Shown here: positions 1-6,847 of the stretch, in pieces
How the letters are laid out: the number at the start of each line of letters is the position of its first letter
Numbering within the stretch: the first letter of the stretch is position 1
Source: a bacterium
GTDB taxonomy: Bacteria; CALINM01
Reading direction: 5' to 3'
Length of the DNA: 11,002 nt
Assembly (NCBI GenBank): GCA_041640455.1
Contig: JBEQAF010000072.1
Location: 1-11,002, forward strand
The notes under the pieces: model-generated
What the model was told of the DNA's origin: nothing
The model's input: the letters and a program-made list of their open reading frames with translations, nothing else
The model's database searches: none
Program-made: the position numbers and the translations under genes

Positions 1-17
1 GTGTGCTCTTCCGATCT
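1..17 (+). other. Illumina TruSeq adapter remnant (assembly artefact)
   Basis: Bases 1-17, GTGTGCTCTTCCGATCT, are identical to the 3' end of the TruSeq Read 2 primer/adapter (...AGACGTGTGCTCTTCCGATCT) and lie at the very start of the window. Confidence 0.93.
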
Positions 18-18
18 T

Positions 19-732
19 GACTGCGAAACAGGCTGTCCATCCTGCATACATTCGCCCAAATGCGGTTCTCAGAATTATCCGCTGGATAAGGAAGGAGCTC
101 TCTTCCTGATAAAAAATCTTATTCACCCTCATAAGACTATTGGCAGAAAATCTCCATTTACTGTCAAAAAATCTGAAAGTAAGTCTCCACAGCCCTTCAT
201 TGACAGGAATAAAAAAGCAATTTTTTTTGATCTTGAAACCCAGAGGCTCGCCGATGAGGTAGGCGGCTGGCAGAATGCCCACCTTCTTGGGCTGGCAGTA
301 GCAGTTGTTTATGATGAGGAGAAGAAGGAGTTTGAACTATATGAGGAAAAAGATGTGTTAAAGCTTATTGAAAGACTGGAGAGTGCTGAAATTGTAGTGG
401 GTTTTAACAATGAGGAGTTTGACTTTAAAGTGCTTATGCCATACGCAGGCAGGAGATTAAATATTAGATCCTTTGATCTGCTGAAAAAAATAAAAGAAAA
501 AACAGGGAAAAGAAAAAGCCTGAGCTCCCTTGCAAGGATTAATCTCGGAGATGACAAATCAGGCGATGGAGTTTTGGCAGTAAAATGGTTCAGGGAGGGG
601 CAGCTAAACAGGGTGATTGAATACTGCATGAAGGATGTGGAGATATTGCACAGTCTTTATAGCCTTATAAGAGATAAGGGATATCTTTTGATGGAGCTGA
701 ACGGTATGGAGCTTAGGGTGAGATTTGATTAA
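19..732 (+). CDS. 5'-truncated DEAD/DEAH-box helicase of the MrfA/YprA type: C-terminal DUF1998 Zn-binding end fused to an RNase_H_2 (YprB/MrfB-like) DEDDy 3'-5' exonuclease domain
   Basis: DCETGCPSCIHSPKCGSQNYPLDK is the typical DUF1998 Cys cluster. It is followed by a K/S/P-rich linker, then ExoI FFDLET (D at 229, E at 235), ExoII VGFNNEEFDF (D at 421) and ExoIII EYCMKD (Y at 622, D at 634). The GTG start at position 1 is adapter-derived. The helicase core itself lies outside the window and is inferred. Confidence 0.85.
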   Translation, partial: DCETGCPSCIHSPKCGSQNYPLDKEGALFLIKNLIHPHKTIGRKSPFTVKKSESKSPQPFIDRNKKAIFFDLETQRLADEVGGWQNAHLLGLAVAVVYDEEKKEFELYEEKDVLKLIERLESAEIVVGFNNEEFDFKVLMPYAGRRLNIRSFDLLKKIKEKTGKRKSLSSLARINLGDDKSGDGVLAVKWFREGQLNRVIEYCMKDVEILHSLYSLIRDKGYLLMELNGMELRVRFD

Positions 733-739
733 ATTTTTA

Positions 740-769
740 TTTACTTTTAAAAATGTTTTCTAATATTAT
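740..769 (+). promoter_or_regulatory. Putative sigma70-type promoter for the GAF-GGDEF gene
   Basis: TTTACT (740-745), an 18-nt spacer and TATTAT (764-769) sit in a 45-nt, very AT-rich intergenic region. Such matches arise easily in AT-rich DNA. Confidence 0.35.
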
Positions 770-777
770 TAATTACA

Positions 778-1806
778 ATGACATCAGCAGTATATAAAAG
801 AAAGATTGTTACCCTTAAAGCCCTTTCGGAGATAGGCAAGCTTCTTACTTCTACACTTGATCTGGAAGAGGTTCTAAAACTGGTGCTTGAAAAGGTAGGT
901 GATCTGCTTTCAGCTAAAAACTGGTCGCTTCTTTTGGCGGATGAGCTGACCAATGAGCTTTATTTTGAAATAGTGGTGGGAGATTTTGCCCAGAAGATAA
1001 AGGGTAAAAGGATAAAATCGGGTGAAGGTATAGCAGGCTGGGTGTTTAACAATAAACAGCCGCTTCTGGTTTCAAATGTTGATAAAGATGAAAGGTTCAC
1101 ACCAATTATAGACAATTTTACGGGTTTTAAAACCAGATCGGTAATATGCTGCCCGCTTATCTGCAGAGGCAAGGTTTTAGGTGTGATAGAGCTAATCAAT
1201 AAAAGGATTGAGAAGGAGTTTAGCTCCGATGATCTTGATGTGCTTATATATCTCTCGGACTATATAGCCATAGCCATTGATAATGCAAAAAATTTTGCTA
1301 AGATTCAGGAGTTGACCGTGAGAGACGATCTTACCTGTCTTTATAATACCAGATTTTTTCACGAGATGCTGGACAGGGAGATTAAAAGGGCGTTGAGGAA
1401 AAACAGAGATCTTTCTCTGATCTTTATGGATATGGATCATTTTAAAGAGGTTAATGATACCTATGGTCATCTTTATGGTAGTAATCTACTAAAAGAGGTT
1501 GCAGAGATTATTATGAGATCCATAAGAAACATAGATATTCCCATAAGATATGGGGGAGATGAGTTTGTCATAATACTACCAGAGACAACTAAGGAGCAGG
1601 CAGGGCTTGTTGCCAATAGAATACTGGAAAATATCAGAAATAATAATTTCCTTGCTAAAGAAGGTTTAAATCTTAAGCTTACTGCCAGTATCGGTTATGC
1701 CAATTTTCCTGAAGATGCAAAAAACAAGGAAGAGCTTGTGGTGAAAGCCGATAACGCCATGTATAAGGTAAAAAATATTTCAAGAAATAATGTGATGTCC
1801 GCTTAG
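778..1806 (+). CDS. GAF-domain GGDEF dinucleotide cyclase; predicted Hypr-type (3',3'-cGAMP synthase, GacB-like)
   Basis: The N-terminal GAF runs LDLEEVL...GEGIAGWV...DERF...GFKTRSVICCPL...INK...F...AIAIDNA. The GGDEF domain has DDLTCLYN, FMDMDHFKEVNDTYGHLYGS, an RNID I-site, RYGGDEF, TASIG and ADNAMY. Ser235 occupies the position of the canonical Asp. Confidence 0.93.
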   Translation: MTSAVYKRKIVTLKALSEIGKLLTSTLDLEEVLKLVLEKVGDLLSAKNWSLLLADELTNELYFEIVVGDFAQKIKGKRIKSGEGIAGWVFNNKQPLLVSNVDKDERFTPIIDNFTGFKTRSVICCPLICRGKVLGVIELINKRIEKEFSSDDLDVLIYLSDYIAIAIDNAKNFAKIQELTVRDDLTCLYNTRFFHEMLDREIKRALRKNRDLSLIFMDMDHFKEVNDTYGHLYGSNLLKEVAEIIMRSIRNIDIPIRYGGDEFVIILPETTKEQAGLVANRILENIRNNNFLAKEGLNLKLTASIGYANFPEDAKNKEELVVKADNAMYKVKNISRNNVMSA

Positions 1807-1808
1807 TT

Positions 1809-2444
1809 ATGAGACTGCAGGATGCCATAGAGATACTAAGAGAAGAAAATAGTTTTCTCAAGGGAATTCCCATAACATCGCTTCTCTGGAAGAAAGCTTT
1901 ACTTGATTTTTTCAAAGCGAAGGATTTATCAGATAGAGTTAAAAGGGCATTAATACTGGTTGCTGCCAACAGCGATTTTGATGATGTTATAAAGGAGTAC
2001 TTTGCTTTTTTCAATAAAGAGAAGGACAACGAGCTCAGAAGATTTATGATAGAATGCCTTGCAAATAACACCAATGAACTGGTAATAGATATGCAGTTTC
2101 CACTTCTGGGTGTTAAGGAACATATTTTTGACCGATATGTAAGGCAGTTAGCCAGTCAGAATATTACCAATGGGATAAAGGAGTATCAGAAAAAAAGGCC
2201 TCTAAAGGCGGCACTCTGGATAAACAAGCTCAAAACTGTATTTTTAAAGGACGAAAATACCTTTATGCGGATGAATGCAGCAATCATATTAAGAAATATA
2301 GCAGACAGAAAGGTGCTGCCCGATCTGGAAAAACGTCTTGAAGTGGAGAAGCAGGGTTTGGTAACCAACCCACATGATGTTGGTATCCCCTACGTTATCA
2401 GAGAGCTGGAAAGAACCATATGGACATTGAAAGAAAGAGCTTGA
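1809..2444 (+). CDS. Hypothetical protein with HEAT/PBS-lyase-like repeat(s)
   Basis: 211-aa ORF starting 2 nt after the GGDEF stop. LKDENTFMRMNAAIILRNIADRKVLPDLEKRL fits the HEAT-like pattern (D..xR..AA..L..I.D...LP.L), and a weaker repeat is EKDNELRRFMIECLAN. Confidence 0.7.
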   Translation: MRLQDAIEILREENSFLKGIPITSLLWKKALLDFFKAKDLSDRVKRALILVAANSDFDDVIKEYFAFFNKEKDNELRRFMIECLANNTNELVIDMQFPLLGVKEHIFDRYVRQLASQNITNGIKEYQKKRPLKAALWINKLKTVFLKDENTFMRMNAAIILRNIADRKVLPDLEKRLEVEKQGLVTNPHDVGIPYVIRELERTIWTLKERA

Positions 2445-2469
2445 CATTTTTTTACCAAGAGTTTAACTT
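2441..2469 (+). promoter_or_regulatory. Putative sigma70 promoter of the rho operon
   Basis: A perfect -35 TTGACA (2441-2446, overlapping the upstream TGA stop), a 17-nt spacer and -10 TAACTT (2464-2469), which keeps the key T-A-x-x-x-T positions. It lies about 110 nt upstream of the rho start. Confidence 0.6.
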
Positions 2470-2579
2470 ATATTTATATTTTTTATTTACCTTCCCAATG
2501 CTTATTTAAAAATCCATTTTTAGACTATAATCTTTAACTTATCAGGGAAGCGTTACTTAAAATAATTTCAGGATGAGGT

Positions 2580-3965
2580 ATGGTAAGGAAGAGATCAGAA
2601 AAAAATTTAGAAAATAATACAGAGACTGAAGTTGTGAAAACTGAGGTCTCAAATTCAGTTATACAGGAAGAGATATCTCCTGTTTCAACTCCACCGCAGA
2701 GAATAAATCTTAAGGAGCTTAAGGAAAAAAGTTTTTCAGATCTTGCCCAGATTGCCCAGCAGGTTATGAAGATAGAAAATGCGCAGACTCTGAAAAAACA
2801 GGATCTGATTTATAATATGTTACATGCACAGGTGGAGCAGAATGTGGTGATCTATGGAGAGGGTGTTCTTGAAACGCTCAATGAGGGATTCGGCTTCCTG
2901 CGTTCGCCAGATTACAATTATCTACCAGGACCTGATGATATCTATGTCTCTCCCTCACAGATAAAAAGATTTAATCTAAGGACTGGAGAGCTCATATCAG
3001 GACAGATAAGACAACCTAAAGAGGGCGAAAAATACTTTGCCCTGCTAAAGGTTGAAACTATTAATGGCGAACCGGTTGAAAATGCAAGAGAAAGGGTGCT
3101 TTTTGACAATCTTACCCCGCTCTATCCCATGAGTAGAATTGTGCTTGAATCCACTTCTGACAACTATTCTATGAGAGTAATGGATCTTCTGACCCCGATT
3201 GGAAAAGGGCAGAGAGGGCTAATTGTTGCACCGCCGAGAACAGGAAAAACCGTTCTACTTCAGAATATTGCAAACAGCATCACAAGAAATCATCCAGAAG
3301 TGGTTTTGATAGTTCTACTTATAGATGAAAGACCCGAAGAGGTTACAGACATGCAGAGGACTGTCAGAGGAGAGGTCATAAGCTCTACCTTTGATGAGCC
3401 TGCATCAAGGCATGTTCAGGTTGCAGAGATGGTGCTTGAAAGGGCAAAGAGGCTGGTTGAATGTAAGAAGGATGTGGTTATTCTGCTTGATAGCATTACG
3501 AGGCTGGCAAGGGCTTATAATGCAGTGGTTCCTGCAAGCGGTAAGGTATTATCGGGAGGCGTTGATTCTAATGCCCTTCAGAAGCCAAAAAGATTTTTTG
3601 GTGCCGCAAGAAATGTAGAAGAGGGAGGAAGTCTCACTATAATAGCAACAGCTCTGATTGAAACGGGTAGCAGAATGGATGATGTGATATTTGAAGAGTT
3701 CAAAGGGACAGGGAACATGGAACTTGTGCTGGACAGAAAGCTTGCTGACAGAAGAATATTCCCAGCCATAGATATAAACAAATCGGGCACAAGAAAGGAA
3801 GAACTGCTCATTCCCAATATAGATCTTCAGAGGATATGGCTTTTGAGAAAGGTGCTACAGCAGTATTCTCCTGTGGAATGTATGGAGTTTTTGCTTGATA
3901 AGCTCAAAAGAACAAAAAGCAATAGAGAGTTTCTTGAAAATTTACATAAATTTAACGAGGAGTAA
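2580..3965 (+). CDS. rho: Transcription termination factor Rho
   Basis: RNA-binding motifs GFGFLRS and [10 protein letters not shown], Walker [33 protein letters not shown] and [12 protein letters not shown]. It carries an N-terminal extension of about 41 aa before the usual (M)NLKELK start. Confidence 0.99.
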   Translation: MVRKRSEKNLENNTETEVVKTEVSNSVIQEEISPVSTPPQRINLKELKEKSFSDLAQIAQQVMKIENAQTLKKQDLIYNMLHAQVEQNVVIYGEGVLETLNEGFGFLRSPDYNYLPGPDDIYVSPSQIKRFNLRTGELISGQIRQPKEGEKYFALLKVETINGEPVENARERVLFDNLTPLYPMSRIVLESTSDNYSMRVMDLLTPIGKGQRGLIVAPPRTGKTVLLQNIANSITRNHPEVVLIVLLIDERPEEVTDMQRTVRGEVISSTFDEPASRHVQVAEMVLERAKRLVECKKDVVILLDSITRLARAYNAVVPASGKVLSGGVDSNALQKPKRFFGAARNVEEGGSLTIIATALIETGSRMDDVIFEEFKGTGNMELVLDRKLADRRIFPAIDINKSGTRKEELLIPNIDLQRIWLLRKVLQQYSPVECMEFLLDKLKRTKSNREFLENLHKFNEE

Positions 3966-3972
3966 TGAGACT

Positions 3973-4173
3973 ATGAAAAAAGGCATCCATCCCGAATATG
4001 GCAAATGCATTATTAAATGCGCCTGCGGCAATACTCTTGAGTCCGCTTCTACAAAAAAGGAGATACATGTGGAGATCTGCTCCCTCTGTCATCCCTTTTA
4101 CACAGGTAAACAGAAGTTTGTTGACTCAGCAGGAAGGATTGAGAAGTTCAATAAGAAATATAACAGGAAGTAA
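3973..4173 (+). CDS. rpmE: 50S ribosomal protein L31 (Zn-ribbon, C+ type)
   Basis: MKKGIHPEY...CACGN...[30 protein letters not shown] (66 aa). The real start is the ATG at 3973, downstream of GAGGAG at the rho 3' end, not the ORF-track start at 3895. All four Cys are present. Confidence 0.98.
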   Translation: MKKGIHPEYGKCIIKCACGNTLESASTKKEIHVEICSLCHPFYTGKQKFVDSAGRIEKFNKKYNRK

Positions 4174-4175
4174 TA

Positions 4176-4868
4176 TTGCTTAATGTAGTATTGCTTGCCT
4201 TTACGGAAAATCCAGAAAAGATAATCGCAAAAGCGGGGAGACTCTGTTACTTCAGATCCGATATCTCTGATCTCGAGAAAGAGATGACCGATAAAAAGAC
4301 CGCTGAACTGGTAAAAAGACTGCTTCAGAGCGGTCATTTATCTGCCTTTGAGCATGCAAGCTTTACCTTTGGCATTGAAGGGATCTCAAGAGCCTGTTCC
4401 CATCAGCTTGTCAGACACAGAATAGCCTCCTATTCACAGCAGAGCCAGAGATATGTTGCCTTTGCTGAAAATTTTTTCTATATAACTCCGCCTTCAATTA
4501 ACAAAAATCCTGAAGCCTTAGCACTTTTTGAAAATTTTGTTAAAAAATCCAAAGAAACCTATGATAAACTAATTATGTTGGGAATTGATAAAGAAGATGC
4601 CAGATATTGTTTACCAAACGCTTCTGAAACAAAGATAGTGGTGACAATGAATGCAAGAGAGCTTTTACATTTCTTTTCCCTCAGGCTTTGCAGGAGAGCT
4701 CAGTGGGAGATAAGAGAAATGGCAAAGCAGATGCTCAGGCTTGTTAGAAACGTATGCCCCAATATCTTTTCTCACGCTGGACCAGAATGTGTCAGAACAA
4801 CCTGTCGTGAGGGATCAATGAGCTGTGGAAAGGGTAAAGAAGTAAAAAAGGAGTTGAAAGATATATAA
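4176..4868 (+). CDS. thyX: FAD-dependent thymidylate synthase ThyX
   Basis: GHLSAFEHASFTF, ISRACSHQLVRHRIASYSQQSQRY (RHRx7S motif), EDARYCLPNA, MNARELLHF and RAQWEIR. TTG start preceded by AGGAAG. Confidence 0.97.
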   Translation: MLNVVLLAFTENPEKIIAKAGRLCYFRSDISDLEKEMTDKKTAELVKRLLQSGHLSAFEHASFTFGIEGISRACSHQLVRHRIASYSQQSQRYVAFAENFFYITPPSINKNPEALALFENFVKKSKETYDKLIMLGIDKEDARYCLPNASETKIVVTMNARELLHFFSLRLCRRAQWEIREMAKQMLRLVRNVCPNIFSHAGPECVRTTCREGSMSCGKGKEVKKELKDI

Positions 4869-5713
4869 TGGCAAAGATTGGTGGTCAGGCAGTAATTGAA
4901 GGTGTAATGCTTAAATCTGAAAGATCCATGTCCGTTGCTGTCAGAAAGATAAACGGTGAGATTACCATTAAGCTTAAGGAGCTAACGCCCTTAGCGAAAA
5001 AGGTTTTTCTATTCAGACTTCCTTTTGTAAGAGGCTTTTTTCAGCTGTTTTCACTTCTTTTGCTGGGTTTTGAAGCACTGAAGTTCTCGGTTGATGTGTT
5101 TGATGAGAAGGAAAGCAATAGCAATAATCTATTTTTTATCGGTTCAGCCGCTTTAGCCATAGGATTTACCATTCTATTTTTCTTTATACTGCCGCTTTTC
5201 CTGACTCAGTTAATGGCAAAACATTTTGTTTTTCTGAATAACCACTTCTGGTTTAATACGATGGAAGGAGTAATAAGAGTATCTGTTTTTCTGCTCTACC
5301 TCTTTTCCATATCCTTTATGAAAGATATCAGAAGGGTTTTTGAATATCATGGTGCCGAGCATAAGGTGATCTCTGCCTATGAAAATCAAGAAGAGCTTAC
5401 GGTTAAAAATGTAAAGAAATACAGCCGTTTTCACCCTCGATGTGGAACGAGTTTTCTTATTCTGGTTGTGTTGCTCAGTATAGTGTTTTTTTCTATATTC
5501 AGGTCAGATGTCTGGCTTTACAAGATACTTTTAAGAATAATAGCCTTTCCGCTTTTAGCCGGTATAATCTATGAACTGCTTAAGCTTGAGAAGGCAAATT
5601 TTTTCAAATTTTTATTTATTCCCGGGATCTGGCTTCAGTACCTTACCACCAGGGAACCAGATGATTCCCAGATAGAAGTTGCCATTCAGGCTTTTAAAAA
5701 TCTAAAATTGTAA
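4868..5713 (+). CDS. DUF1385 domain-containing membrane protein
   Basis: IGGQAVIEGVM, RRVFEYHGAEHK, HPRCGTSF and LQYLTTREPDDSQIEVAI, with several hydrophobic segments. It sits in the usual position between rpmE/thyX and prfA/prmC and has a TAATG overlap with the thyX stop. Confidence 0.93.
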   Translation: MAKIGGQAVIEGVMLKSERSMSVAVRKINGEITIKLKELTPLAKKVFLFRLPFVRGFFQLFSLLLLGFEALKFSVDVFDEKESNSNNLFFIGSAALAIGFTILFFFILPLFLTQLMAKHFVFLNNHFWFNTMEGVIRVSVFLLYLFSISFMKDIRRVFEYHGAEHKVISAYENQEELTVKNVKKYSRFHPRCGTSFLILVVLLSIVFFSIFRSDVWLYKILLRIIAFPLLAGIIYELLKLEKANFFKFLFIPGIWLQYLTTREPDDSQIEVAIQAFKNLKL

Positions 5714-5776
5714 ATTTATCTTTTTAAAAAATAAAATATGCCGAATTTTCTGGCATAATTTAATCAGAGGTAAGTT

Positions 5777-6847
5777 ATGTTTGAAAAATTAAATGAACTG
5801 GTTGAAAAATATAGGGAGCTTCAAAATAAGCTTGTGGACAATGAGATTATTCAGAACACATCTTTATATGCGAAATATACTAAGGAAGCAAAAGAGATTG
5901 AGCCTATTGTTGATATGTTCCTGAAATATAAGGAGACGGAAAAAAAGATAGAGGAAGATCTTGACATAATTAAAAACGAAAAAGATGAAGATTTAAAAAA
6001 GCTTGCCAAAGAAGAGCTTGAAGAGCTTGAAAATGAAAAGGAGCGGTTAGCTTATAAGATAAAGATTATGCTTCTCCCCAAAGACCCCAATGATGAAAAA
6101 AATGTATTTCTTGAAATAAGGGCAGGGACAGGTGGAGATGAGGCGGCATTATTTGCTGCTGAGCTTTTCAGGATGTATTTAAGATATGCGGAAAGAAGAA
6201 AATGGAAGGTTGAGATTATTGATAAAAATGATATCGGTATTGGCGGTTTTAAAGAGATAATTGCCATGATTTCGGGTGATAAAGTTTATAGCAGGTTAAA
6301 ATATGAGGCGGGAGTTCACAGGGTACAACGTGTGCCCAGGACAGAGTCTCAGGGAAGGATTCACACATCTGCCGTTACGGTTGCAGTCCTGCCAGAGGCA
6401 GAAGAGGTGGATGTTAAGATTGAGCCTAAGGATATAAGAGTTGATACCTTCTGTTCATCTGGTCCTGGCGGACAGAGTGTTAATACTACCTATTCGGCTG
6501 TTAGAATTACCCATATCCCCACAGGTCTTGTTGTTCAGTGTCAGGATGAGAAGTCACAGATAAAAAACAGGGAAAAGGCTATGAAGGTTCTGAGGGCAAG
6601 GCTTTATGAGCGTATCATGATGGAAAAGGAGAAAGAGCTTTCATCGGCAAGAAAAAGTATGGTAGGTTCTGGAGACAGAAGCGAGAAGATAAGAACCTAT
6701 AACTTTCCACAGAGTAGGGTAACAGATCATAGGATAAACATGACTCTTTACAAGATAGATGCCATTATGGATGGCGAGATTGACGAGCTTATTGATGCGC
6801 TCATAACTCATTATCAGACTGAGGCTCTTAAAAGCCAGCAGGAATGA
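5777..6847 (+). CDS. prfA: Peptide chain release factor 1
   Basis: [14 protein letters not shown], the RF1 PxT motif ([17 protein letters not shown]), GPGGQSVN and [23 protein letters not shown] upstream. Confidence 0.99.
   Translation: MFEKLNELVEKYRELQNKLVDNEIIQNTSLYAKYTKEAKEIEPIVDMFLKYKETEKKIEEDLDIIKNEKDEDLKKLAKEELEELENEKERLAYKIKIMLLPKDPNDEKNVFLEIRAGTGGDEAALFAAELFRMYLRYAERRKWKVEIIDKNDIGIGGFKEIIAMISGDKVYSRLKYEAGVHRVQRVPRTESQGRIHTSAVTVAVLPEAEEVDVKIEPKDIRVDTFCSSGPGGQSVNTTYSAVRITHIPTGLVVQCQDEKSQIKNREKAMKVLRARLYERIMMEKEKELSSARKSMVGSGDRSEKIRTYNFPQSRVTDHRINMTLYKIDAIMDGEIDELIDALITHYQTEALKSQQE

Noticed and set aside
19..2444. Anti-phage defence locus (DUF1998 as in DISARM DrmB or Druantia; cGAMP as in CBASS)
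   Set aside because: There is no CD-NTase, Cap effector, methylase or other defence gene. The cyclase is GGDEF-fold and the neighbourhood is core housekeeping.
2445..2579. c-di-GMP/cGAMP (GEMM-I) riboswitch near the cyclase
   Set aside because: The region is almost devoid of G and has no GNRA tetraloop/receptor two-stem architecture. The other intergenic gaps are too short. An Rfam/Infernal scan would confirm.
3895..3972. ORF-track 92-aa version of rpmE
   Set aside because: The extension overlaps the rho 3' end. L31 homology begins at MKKGIHP (ATG 3973), which has its own SD.
5751..5766. Sigma54 promoter from TGGCA
   Set aside because: There is no TTGC -12 element at the required spacing.
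6011..6031. Tandem 9-bp repeat GAAGAGCTT in prfA
   Set aside because: It simply encodes EELEELE in the RF1 coiled-coil, an ordinary coding repeat.
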